Part shown: positions 19,399 to 27,802 of the stretch, in pieces
How positions within the stretch are numbered: position 1 is the stretch's first letter
How the letters are laid out: every line of letters begins with the position of its first letter
Position numbers and translations under genes: made by a program
Source: an uncultured virus (IMG/VR IMGVR_UViG_3300046782_000829)
Lineage: Duplodnaviria; Heunggongvirae; Uroviricota; Caudoviricetes
Virus record (IMG/VR): IMGVR_UViG_3300046782_000829
Reading direction: 5' to 3' (one strand)
Length of the DNA: 64,000 bases
Notes under the pieces: generated by a model
The model's input: only the letters and a program-made list of their open reading frames with translations
What the model was told of the DNA's origin: nothing
Databases searched by the model: none

Positions 19399-19732
19399 CT
19401 TCGGGATCGCGATCGGCGGGATCGTCCGCGGATCGTCCGTATACCGTTTTCCGGATCGTCCGTACGGATCCGCCTACTGATCCGGATCACGTTCCCGCCG
19501 ATCGATCACGCGCCCATGTGGAGTTTGCGACAAGCAAACCCACATACGTGCTTCGCGCAGCGAAGCACCCTCACCCTTTACTGATCTAAGAGATCTGGGA
19601 GATCTAAGAATCAAAGAAACATATAAAAGAACAAGCAAATGAGGTTGGATACTGCGTATCCAACCACTCTTATCCCATCCCCCCTACCCCCCTTCCCAGG
19701 ATGGCGCCCAACAGGGTCTGGCGCCACCCACC
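19379..19732. other. Structured intergenic region, candidate replication origin
   Basis: 20-bp palindrome, 3x GGATCGTCCG, about 13 GATC sites, three strong hairpins, and an AT-rich tract with 2x GATCTAAGA. Confidence 0.5.
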
Positions 19733-19969
19733 CTACTGCTTCGTCGGTTCGTCGGGCCAGGTGTCGGCGATCTTCTGGGCCTCGGCCGACGCGTTCTTCT
19801 GAACCTCGTCGAGCGCTTCTCGGATCCCGGCTTCGTTGAACGCGGCCTTCAGCCCATCGAGCAGCGCCGCAAGCGCGGCCCCGCGGGGCCCCGGGATCAT
19901 GTGCGCGACCTCGTCGAGCAAGAACAGAGCGTGGTCGGCTTCTTCGACGATTCTTCCTAAGTCGATCAT
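19733..19969 (-). CDS. Hypothetical protein
   Basis: ATGA-coupled to the lipoprotein gene. Confidence 0.6.
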   Translation of the reverse strand: MIDLGRIVEEADHALFLLDEVAHMIPGPRGAALAALLDGLKAAFNEAGIREALDEVQKNASAEAQKIADTWPDEPTKQ

Positions 19970-20226
19970 TCGGTCCCCCCATCGAGGTCGCGGTGACGGC
20001 CGCACTCGAACGTTAGGTTACAGGTCGGGTTCTCGGCGGCAGCACGGGCCTTCGCGGCAGTACACGAAAGACCTTCGGCGGCACCGGCGCGGAGCCGCGC
20101 GAGGTAGCGCTGGCACGAGATCTCCTCGCCCGCGCGAGCTGCTTCGGCCTGCCCGGTCTGGCCGGGGTCGGACGAGAGGGCCGCACAGGCCCCGAGGAGG
20201 AACAGGAACGGGTAGGCTTTTTTCAC
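19966..20226 (-). CDS. Small lipoprotein (o-spanin candidate)
   Basis: MKKAYPFLFLLGAC signal peptide with lipobox; follows the holin-like gene; GAGG RBS. Confidence 0.6.
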   Translation of the reverse strand: MKKAYPFLFLLGACAALSSDPGQTGQAEAARAGEEISCQRYLARLRAGAAEGLSCTAAKARAAAENPTCNLTFECGRHRDLDGGTE

Positions 20227-20227
20227 A

Positions 20228-20512
20228 TTACCTCTTCGCGAATGCGGTTTTGAAGGTCGAGACGTTCTGCGCGATCTCCATGAACCCCGAGCCCGCGAGC
20301 CCATAGAGGGCACCGGCCTTTAGGGTCTGTCGGACTGTATCGGATGCGTCGCCGAATAGATACGAAACCGCGAAACCGGCCGCGAGCGCGACCGCCAGTA
20401 CCCAGACGCCGTCGATCTTCGGAAAGGTCGTGCGGGCAGCCTTTACGGCCGAGATGACGGCCGGGACCGCGAGGGTCGCGCTACTGACTCCCGTGACGAT
20501 GTCGGCGTCCAT
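20228..20512 (-). CDS. Holin-like membrane protein
   Basis: 94 aa with 2-3 hydrophobic helices, GALYGLAGSG motif and a basic C-terminus. Confidence 0.65.
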   Translation of the reverse strand: MDADIVTGVSSATLAVPAVISAVKAARTTFPKIDGVWVLAVALAAGFAVSYLFGDASDTVRQTLKAGALYGLAGSGFMEIAQNVSTFKTAFAKR

Positions 20513-20519
20513 GCCGAGA

Positions 20520-20548
20520 ATTCTGCGTGGTCCCGGGGGACCGTTCAA
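20520..20548 (-). promoter_or_regulatory. Sigma70-like promoter TTGAAC-N17-CAGAAT, 7 nt before ATG 20512
   Basis: Read directly; member of a repeated promoter family. Confidence 0.55.
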
Positions 20549-20549
20549 C

Positions 20550-20873
20550 TCACCGCGCCGCGCGGCGCGGTGCCGGCGATGGGTTCTGGGCCCGGTATTG
20601 GTCGAAGTCCTTCCGCAGCTGGGCGAGGTCGGCCTCCAGGGTCGCGATCGTCAGTTCCCTCGATTCCCGCTGAACCTCGAGGAGCGCGATCCGGTCACGG
20701 TCGACAGTGGCTCCCGCTTGGGTCTGGTAGCGGGTATCGAACTGGGTCATGAGGCCCCCGAGCCACGCGTGGCCGCCCCATCCGGCCGCCACGGATGCCC
20801 CCACGACCCCCCAGAGCTTCCAGACCCAACCGACGCGGTCAGAAAGATTCCGAATGTACGAGTCGCGGGCCAA
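20550..20873 (-). CDS. Single-TM coiled-coil protein (i-spanin or lysis accessory candidate)
   Basis: N-terminal hydrophobic helix followed by a coiled coil; adjacent to the holin. Confidence 0.5.
   Translation of the reverse strand: MARDSYIRNLSDRVGWVWKLWGVVGASVAAGWGGHAWLGGLMTQFDTRYQTQAGATVDRDRIALLEVQRESRELTIATLEADLAQLRKDFDQYRAQNPSPAPRRAAR
20552..20571. repeat. 20-bp palindrome at a gene 3' end
   Basis: Exact copy. Confidence 0.9.
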
Positions 20874-22475
20874 TCAAAGGTCCCACCCAATAACCTGGGA
20901 CCCGTTGCCACCGTTCGGCGCCACCACGTATCCGGCGAAGCCACCGCCGTGGTTGACCGTGATTTTGACAGCACTGTTCGCGACCGCCGGGTATGGGGTA
21001 GCGATCGGAATCTTCACGACTTGGTTCGTGAAGTAGGCCTGGCCGACGATGGAGGTGACGACACCGTCGGCCGCGATCCCGATCACGTTCCCAGACCCAT
21101 CGTCGAACGTCACGTTATAGCCGCAGAGCGCCGCTGATGTGGCGTTCGTCGAGTAGGTCGTGGTCAGGTGAAGCAGAATCGCTTTCGCATTCGCCGGGTA
21201 ATGAGTACCGCCGGCGAGGTCGTATACGGTCGAGGCGCTCGTGGAGCTCGTCGGGACAAGCGCTGACGTACCGCTGGACCCTTCGTCCGATTCCTGGTTG
21301 AACGTCTTGCCGTCGCTGACGCCCCGGAGGATCGGAGCTCCCGCCGAGTTAACCATTCCGCCAAACACGCACGCCGCGGTTCCGGCGGCGGAGCCGGCCG
21401 GAAACCCAAATGCCGTCGGGAGCGGGATCGCGATTGTGTTTTGGTTGTGGGTCGGAACCGGCCCATTCGTATGAGGGGCCAGAACCGGGATCCCGCGGAG
21501 CGGGCCGGGTTGGCGACTTCCGCTCGCGACGCTCGTGTACCGGCACCACCGCGGAAGTCCAAACGGTTCCGCCAGCCAAAGGTAATAGGGGCGGTTTGCC
21601 GTTACGGCGTAGCCGGCCGGCTGAAGCTCGCTACTCGTAAAGTCGAGCGATGTTGCGATCGAAACCGCGTCCGTCGTCATGGTTCCGCCGAGGATACGGC
21701 CACCGGGGCCGACCGTTTCGGCCCACCCCTGAAGGCCCGGGGTCGCGACCATTCGGTAGTGATGATCGACGCGTGAACGGTCCCGCGTGAACTTCCCCGC
21801 CACCTCGGCCCGATCGGCCGCAAGCGGTCTGACGTCCCACATGTACGGGACGGCGTTCCAGGTCGCGGCCCCGTTCGGGACTAGCGCGACGAGGAGCGGT
21901 ACCCACCCCGCGACGGTCGTGACGCCCGACGCGATCGCCCCAACACGAATCCGGTAACCGAACCGCGATGCCGCGACCTTGTTGACGAGCGCGGGCGAAA
22001 AGAGCTGGGAAGCTGGGTTGTAGATGTCGCGATTGTCGGCTTCGAGAACCGTATCGATCCGCTGGCACTCGACCACGTAGATTTGGGTCCCGCCCGACGA
22101 GTTCGTCGGCATCGCGAGCGACGAACCGGTCTGGACTCCCGGATCGTTGACGAGCTTGTAGGGGCTATCGTCCGGCGACGGCGTGCTGTCGGGATCGACA
22201 ACGATCGCGACCCCTGGGTCGACGAGCGTGTTGGCGGATGCCATCTGGGGGCGGACCAACAGACCGTTCAGGATCGCGGCCCTCATCGGACTCGTACTGG
22301 CGGCCCCGACGGAACCAGCCCCGTTCGAGTTCGAAAAGTCCCCCTGGTAGTCGAGCAGGTACGCGAGGATCGACGAAAGGTCCATCCCCTGGAAGGCCTG
22401 CATCCGGTTCAGGTCAGACGACAGTGCGCGTTCGCGCGGGTTATAGATCTCAGTCTTCCGTCCGCTCGCGCTCAT
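20874..22475 (-). CDS. Baseplate-associated tail fibre / receptor-binding protein
   Basis: Last gene of the baseplate operon; N-terminal ERALSSDLNRMQ, beta-rich Gly/Ser/Thr C-terminus. Confidence 0.55.
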   Translation of the reverse strand: MSASGRKTEIYNPRERALSSDLNRMQAFQGMDLSSILAYLLDYQGDFSNSNGAGSVGAASTSPMRAAILNGLLVRPQMASANTLVDPGVAIVVDPDSTPSPDDSPYKLVNDPGVQTGSSLAMPTNSSGGTQIYVVECQRIDTVLEADNRDIYNPASQLFSPALVNKVAASRFGYRIRVGAIASGVTTVAGWVPLLVALVPNGAATWNAVPYMWDVRPLAADRAEVAGKFTRDRSRVDHHYRMVATPGLQGWAETVGPGGRILGGTMTTDAVSIATSLDFTSSELQPAGYAVTANRPYYLWLAEPFGLPRWCRYTSVASGSRQPGPLRGIPVLAPHTNGPVPTHNQNTIAIPLPTAFGFPAGSAAGTAACVFGGMVNSAGAPILRGVSDGKTFNQESDEGSSGTSALVPTSSTSASTVYDLAGGTHYPANAKAILLHLTTTYSTNATSAALCGYNVTFDDGSGNVIGIAADGVVTSIVGQAYFTNQVVKIPIATPYPAVANSAVKITVNHGGGFAGYVVAPNGGNGSQVIGWDL

Positions 22476-22500
22476 GCGGGAGGGTACCGCGGTAGGATCG

Positions 22501-24327
22501 TTACGGGCAACCTAGGTCGTCACGAACAAGATCGAACCCGACCCCACCGGCCCGCACGGTGTCGATTACCTGCCAGACCGTTTGGTAAAAGTTACCCGCG
22601 GAGGCCGGATAGCCGTCGTAGAACGTGACGGCTGGCGACGAGTCGTATGCGTTGCTGGTCCCCGAGTCGTACGCGAACCCAAATTCGCCGTAATTGACCC
22701 CCTGGACCGTAACGAGGAAAAAAGCCCGCATCTCCAAGAAACTGAACAGATACCGGTACCGGAGGGTATGGTCGGGCCCACCCGAAAGCGTCGAAGGAGG
22801 CGTGTAGACTTGGCCGCTGACGGTTCCGTGAAGCGGCAGTGTATTGACGAACGTTCCCTGAACGACCGCGATCGATTCGAGGAACCGAGGCGTAACGGGA
22901 CCGACTCCCGATACCTGAAACGCAAGAATCGCCTTCCCGACCGCCGTGATCCCGGTCGTAGGATCCCGCTGTTCGATTCGTTCGCCTTCGAAGAAGTTGA
23001 AGTTTGGAGCCGCAACGGCTCCGTCGATCAGCACGGCCTCCATGTCGTACCAGTCCCCGAGGTCCGGGCGGTCGTAATAAAACCCCGGGAGCGACGCGAG
23101 CCCCGCTTCGCGCAGGCATCCCTGGATCCCGACAGGCGCCAGTACGCGGTTGAATGCTCTAATGACCGCGCCTGGCGAGACGACATCCGACGGAACCGCG
23201 ATCTTGCGGCGATACGAAAAGTCACCTTCTGCTGGTCCGCGGTGAATGTTACGCTCGCGCCCGAGGGCATCAAGGAACCCGAGGCGACCACCAGTTGGTT
23301 GTTCCTGATTGGTCGTCTCGATTCCCCAGCCCCCGGCTCCCCAGGGAACGAACTCCCAAGCGGCCGTGCCGGATTCCGGCGTGAGGGTGGAGTCGTACGA
23401 AATCGTGCTCGGCGCGGCTGTCGCGAGTGATGTCGCGCCCGTGATGACACCGGCTCCCGTGAAGGTTCCGGATGTCCACTGGACGACGAACGACGTCGCG
23501 GTCGCGCCGAGAAACGTGCCGGTCGCGCCGGAACCAAATTGGGTTACGGGTTCGCCTTCGATGAAGTTCCCAATCCCGGACGCATCGAACGCGATATCGC
23601 GCGCGACCGACAGAACACCCCCGTCCGTCGGACCCGGCCTCGCGTACCCGACGACTCTTGCGACGCGGCCGACGTTCGACCCGGCCGTGAACCGAAGGTA
23701 CTGGCCGACGTGATCCGGCACGAATGTGTCGGGTTTTTGGGCGCAGCGTACGAGGGGGGGCGTGACCGTCGCGTCGTTATTCGCGAAGTTCGCCGCGATC
23801 TGTCGGATCGCCCGAAGCGTGTCGGGTAGCGGGTTGTTGTATCCCCACCCAACGAGTTCGGCTTCTGCCGTGAGGTCGACTTCGGCGGTATCGCCGGGCG
23901 CGAAGCAATACGCGCTCGTTAGGTGATAGAGGCGCCCCGACTCGAAGGCTTCGCCTTCTGCTCCCGGGGTCGCGCCCCAATCGGTCGTGGTTTCGCCGAC
24001 CAAAAACGGACCCGCCATCAGGACCAGCGGGATATTGGGGAGCCCGCTCCGCGAGACCGAGAGCGTGACGGTCGCGCGCTTCTCGCCGGCGGCCGGATCT
24101 GATGTCTGGCCGCTCCACGGCAGGATGTACATGGCCTGCGTCGTGACGTCGACGGCCCTCGAGAGACGCTCCAGCATCGCCCAAGTCTGCGCGTATGCCT
24201 CGATCCCGGACCCGTCCCCCTTCTCGAAGAGCGAAGCGGAAAACTGGTTATCGACCGACGATTCCCAGACCGCCTGAAGGTCCGCGATCGTCAGGGGACC
24301 CTGTGCGGCGACGATCGGAACCGTCAT
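22501..24327 (-). CDS. Baseplate wedge protein (gpI-like position)
   Basis: Directly follows baseplate J; LDALGRERNIHRGPAEGDFSYRRKI; ends ...VRAGGVGF. Confidence 0.6.
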   Translation of the reverse strand: MTVPIVAAQGPLTIADLQAVWESSVDNQFSASLFEKGDGSGIEAYAQTWAMLERLSRAVDVTTQAMYILPWSGQTSDPAAGEKRATVTLSVSRSGLPNIPLVLMAGPFLVGETTTDWGATPGAEGEAFESGRLYHLTSAYCFAPGDTAEVDLTAEAELVGWGYNNPLPDTLRAIRQIAANFANNDATVTPPLVRCAQKPDTFVPDHVGQYLRFTAGSNVGRVARVVGYARPGPTDGGVLSVARDIAFDASGIGNFIEGEPVTQFGSGATGTFLGATATSFVVQWTSGTFTGAGVITGATSLATAAPSTISYDSTLTPESGTAAWEFVPWGAGGWGIETTNQEQPTGGRLGFLDALGRERNIHRGPAEGDFSYRRKIAVPSDVVSPGAVIRAFNRVLAPVGIQGCLREAGLASLPGFYYDRPDLGDWYDMEAVLIDGAVAAPNFNFFEGERIEQRDPTTGITAVGKAILAFQVSGVGPVTPRFLESIAVVQGTFVNTLPLHGTVSGQVYTPPSTLSGGPDHTLRYRYLFSFLEMRAFFLVTVQGVNYGEFGFAYDSGTSNAYDSSPAVTFYDGYPASAGNFYQTVWQVIDTVRAGGVGFDLVRDDLGCP

Positions 24328-25463
24328 GCCGCTAGCGTCACGTTCTGCGAAGTCGTCCGGATCGTCTTACCGGCGTCCGGTATTACGTCGCCGACAGGCG
24401 CGACGATCGTGCTGTTGGCGGGCGTTGTCGGATCGGTCGTGACGACGAGCCCATCACTTCGGAAGCGGGCCAAAACCGCCTGAAGGTCCGCGATTCTGAG
24501 CGGGTTGTTGACCGGAATCGAATTGATGAACCCAACGACCGCCGACAAGACGGCCTGGGTCAGCGAAACCGTGTCGACGTTCGCCTCGAACGCGAGCCTC
24601 AGGACGACGTCGACGATCTCGGGCTGGCTCGTCACGACGATGACGGCAATCCCGGCCGCCCGATACTCACCGAGGGATGTCGAGACGCGGTTCGCGAGCG
24701 CTTGATTCGAAACACCTGAACCGTCCGCCACGTACAGGATCACGACCCGAGCGGGCGTCGACCCGACCGTCGTGACCTCCGACGCCTGAGCCGATACGAC
24801 TCCCGGAACCTGGCGGGCCCCGAGCTCGATCGCCTTGAGGGTCCCGCGGCGAGCCGTCAGCCAGAAGTCACGAACACGGTTTCGGAAGTCCTCGTCTTGT
24901 TCGCGGTCCGCGCCTCCCGCGGTCGCGACCGGATTGTTCACCGTCAGGGTCGGGTCGAACGGAACGTTCGCCGGCGCCTGCGGTGGGATTCTCCGGATCT
25001 GGTTCGCCCCGACCTGAAAGTCGCGCCCGGCCTGAACCGCCTGAACGTCAGCGCTCGACGTCAGGTCAGTACCCGAGAACGCAGCCGTTGAGGTCGTGAC
25101 GTACTCGATCCCGTCGTTCGTCGTGACTTTCGTGCCGACCAGGATCGACCCGGCCCCCACGGTGGCCGATACTCGCGAAAACTGAACGGTCCCGACGGCA
25201 GGAGACGCGCCGAACCGCGCCGTCTGGTACCGGTCCCAGGCGAAGCGGTCGAGGTCCTCGTCCTCGGCCCCATCGAGCAGGAGGCGATTGACCGAGTACG
25301 CGAGCTGTTTGACGATCTCGAACGCGACGACGCTCGTCGAGCCGACGAAAACGTTGACGTCGCTCCCCTGGACGTCGATCTGTTTCGGGTCGATCTTGTT
25401 CGCCCGTTCGACGACGTACTGGCGCCCTACCGCAAAGAGGTCGAGCCGGGAGGGCAGATCCAT
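24324..25463 (-). CDS. Baseplate J-like protein
   Basis: AEDEDLDRFA, GGADREQDEDFRNRV, RGTLKAIE..ARQVPGV, YRAAGI. Confidence 0.9.
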   Translation of the reverse strand: MDLPSRLDLFAVGRQYVVERANKIDPKQIDVQGSDVNVFVGSTSVVAFEIVKQLAYSVNRLLLDGAEDEDLDRFAWDRYQTARFGASPAVGTVQFSRVSATVGAGSILVGTKVTTNDGIEYVTTSTAAFSGTDLTSSADVQAVQAGRDFQVGANQIRRIPPQAPANVPFDPTLTVNNPVATAGGADREQDEDFRNRVRDFWLTARRGTLKAIELGARQVPGVVSAQASEVTTVGSTPARVVILYVADGSGVSNQALANRVSTSLGEYRAAGIAVIVVTSQPEIVDVVLRLAFEANVDTVSLTQAVLSAVVGFINSIPVNNPLRIADLQAVLARFRSDGLVVTTDPTTPANSTIVAPVGDVIPDAGKTIRTTSQNVTLAA

Positions 25464-25503
25464 GGTCGGATCGTGACCCCTGGGGGCCGTGCCGGCAAAA
25501 CCC

Positions 25504-26406
25504 CTACCCGGCTACAATCACGACCGGAACGTCGAACCGCTTCGCGGCCCCTACGACCGGTTTGACCAACACGACGTATCGGGCGAGCTGCGGGGTCGCG
25601 GGGTCGTACTGAATCTTGACCTTGACCCTCGAAACGTCCGGCTCCTGCCGGATCTGAGCTTCCGCGGCTGTCGCGATCTTTTGACGGTTTGCTGGGCTGG
25701 CGAGGAGCTTCAGAAAGCTGGCGGTCCCGACCCCGTAGGCGTTCCCGAGATGAAGGAAACTACCCGGGATCGAGAGCATCCGGCGGAAGACCCGTTTGCG
25801 GAGGGACGCGATGCCCTCGTCGAACGCGTAGTCGCCCGACGAATCGACCGGGATCGTTCCGAGAACGAGCGGATCGGTTCCATTCGGAAGCGGGTCGAGT
25901 GCGCTCGAGAGCGTATCGGGGTGTGCGATATCGCGCGACGGAAGGAGTCCGTCAGGGGTTGGGTCCCGGAACGGCTGCCGGACCCCGTAGAAAGTCGCGT
26001 GCGCGTTCGCCGGCGAAAGCCCAACGAGGTCGTGAACCGTTACGTCGTAAAGGGCCGGGTAGGGGCTCAGGGGGCGGTCGAGAATCAGATTCAGAATCGT
26101 ACCGGCGAGCCCTTGATCATCGACGAGATCGACCCGGATGACCCCGACGGTTCGGGCCGGGAGCCCATCGTACCCGATCGTCGACGTATCGGGCGTGACC
26201 ACGTAGTGGAGTGGGTCGCCGGCGTCGTTCGAGTCGAGGAGTCCCGTCACGACAAGGTCTAGCGAAAAGAAGAGCTGCACGACGTTTTCGCGGATCGCGA
26301 ACGCGTTCGAGAGGGCCGGACTGACCGGTACGTCGGTCGGGCCGAGCCCCGCCCACGGGAAAACGCCCCACGGTCCACTACCCCAGCCGGTATCGACGGT
26401 CGTCAC
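25504..26406 (-). CDS. Baseplate protein with a C-terminal gp25/gpW-like domain
   Basis: GDYAFDEGIASLRKRVFRRMLSIPGSFLHLGNAYGVG...QEPDV. Confidence 0.7.
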   Translation of the reverse strand: MTTVDTGWGSGPWGVFPWAGLGPTDVPVSPALSNAFAIRENVVQLFFSLDLVVTGLLDSNDAGDPLHYVVTPDTSTIGYDGLPARTVGVIRVDLVDDQGLAGTILNLILDRPLSPYPALYDVTVHDLVGLSPANAHATFYGVRQPFRDPTPDGLLPSRDIAHPDTLSSALDPLPNGTDPLVLGTIPVDSSGDYAFDEGIASLRKRVFRRMLSIPGSFLHLGNAYGVGTASFLKLLASPANRQKIATAAEAQIRQEPDVSRVKVKIQYDPATPQLARYVVLVKPVVGAAKRFDVPVVIVAG

Positions 26407-26419
26407 GCCCCAGATGGTA

Positions 26420-26797
26420 TCAGCTGTCGGCTTCCGCGTCCGGGTCGGGGTCTGCGCGCGAGATCCGACCCCCACCCCACGCGACCCCCGCGGCGAAGTT
26501 GAGGGGGTGCTCGTTCAAAACACCGTCGCACGAGATCCCGACCGCGAGCGCGAACTTCGGGAGAGGGATCGCGAACGGGGGGATCGAGAAACTGAGCCCA
26601 AACGGGAGTGGTCCCGGAAGCTTGAACCCACAGATCGAGAACGGAAGCGTCGGGACCCGTATTCCTGCGCCCCCAGCGGCGCCTGGGAATGCCGGGATCG
26701 GAGGGAGCTTCAGCGATAACGAGAACGCCGCGGCCTCGTCCGCCAGATCTTGGACGGCCGGCGGCGGAGCGTTCGGGGGCGGTTGGAATCCCGACAT
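26420..26797 (-). CDS. Pro-rich hypothetical protein in the baseplate operon
   Basis: 125-aa ORF between the spike and wedge genes. Confidence 0.6.
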   Translation of the reverse strand: MSGFQPPPNAPPPAVQDLADEAAAFSLSLKLPPIPAFPGAAGGAGIRVPTLPFSICGFKLPGPLPFGLSFSIPPFAIPLPKFALAVGISCDGVLNEHPLNFAAGVAWGGGRISRADPDPDAEADS

Positions 26798-26800
26798 CCG

Positions 26801-27802
26801 TTAGCCTGCCAGAAACCCCGGGCACGTGACGCCCGGATTGTTTCCCGTTGGGTTTGGAAGTTTTCCCGCCATTGCGCCCGCGAGGGCCGACATGACGGCC
26901 GGCGATACGGTTCCGGTACCCGGTACGCCGGCGGCCGACAATACGCTCGCGAGGAACGCATCACGCGCCGGCGGAGCCGATAGCGCCGCGAGTGCCCCCG
27001 GGGCCGAGAACCCCGAGAGTAGGAGCAGAAAGTTGTTCAGAATGTTGAGGACCTGTTCGGTTGTCGCGACGTGTTCGCTCGCGGTGGCTCCCTGGGTCGA
27101 GACCTGGAGCGCCCCGGTCGTTCCGACGACGCTCCCCTGTTCGCCGAGCAGCATGATGGCTTTGCCCGTTACTTCTGCCCTGACCTGCTTGTTCTTCTTG
27201 TCGAGCTGAAGGACCATCACGGTCGACCCGGGGGTCGTGACGGGGGACGTCTTGTCGGTATCGTCGGTCGTCTGAAGACCAGCGAAGTCGGGCCCGAGAT
27301 GAAGGAAGTCACCGAACCCATCCCGGGCCGTCGTTGAGCCGGCGGCCTCCATCATCAGGAGCGCTCCCGTGACGGCGTTCCGGACCCCCCAGGCCTGCGC
27401 GGTTTCGACCATCCAGGGCGCCTTCATGCGCCGGAACCCGAAGTTGTTTTGAGTCGGATCGTTCGCCGCGACCGTATCGGGCCACGCGTCGAGCTCGTTG
27501 TTCATCCGCGCGACGATCACGGGATGGGCGCGTTCGTCCCCTTCCGGGATCAGGACCAAGACTTCGTCGTTCGCCGCGAACGGATAGTACTCGCCTTCGC
27601 CGGCGCCCGCGACACCCCCCGCGACCCGGCACCGGCACGGGATCCCGGACGGCTGAAGCGTCACGTCGACGATCGGGCCGAGCCCTTTCTCGAACGTAAC
27701 GGATCGGGAATCGGGTCCGTCCGGATCGACGGTACCGTACGAGACCCACTGGCGCGTATCGGCGCCAGGAAAACTCGTCATATCGCTGAGCTCGCGCTCC
27801 AT
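26801..27802 (-). CDS. Baseplate spike (gpV/gp5 OB-fold)
   Basis: AGAGEGEYYPFAANDEVLVLIPEGD...PVIVAR. Confidence 0.8.
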   Translation of the reverse strand: MERELSDMTSFPGADTRQWVSYGTVDPDGPDSRSVTFEKGLGPIVDVTLQPSGIPCRCRVAGGVAGAGEGEYYPFAANDEVLVLIPEGDERAHPVIVARMNNELDAWPDTVAANDPTQNNFGFRRMKAPWMVETAQAWGVRNAVTGALLMMEAAGSTTARDGFGDFLHLGPDFAGLQTTDDTDKTSPVTTPGSTVMVLQLDKKNKQVRAEVTGKAIMLLGEQGSVVGTTGALQVSTQGATASEHVATTEQVLNILNNFLLLLSGFSAPGALAALSAPPARDAFLASVLSAAGVPGTGTVSPAVMSALAGAMAGKLPNPTGNNPGVTCPGFLAG

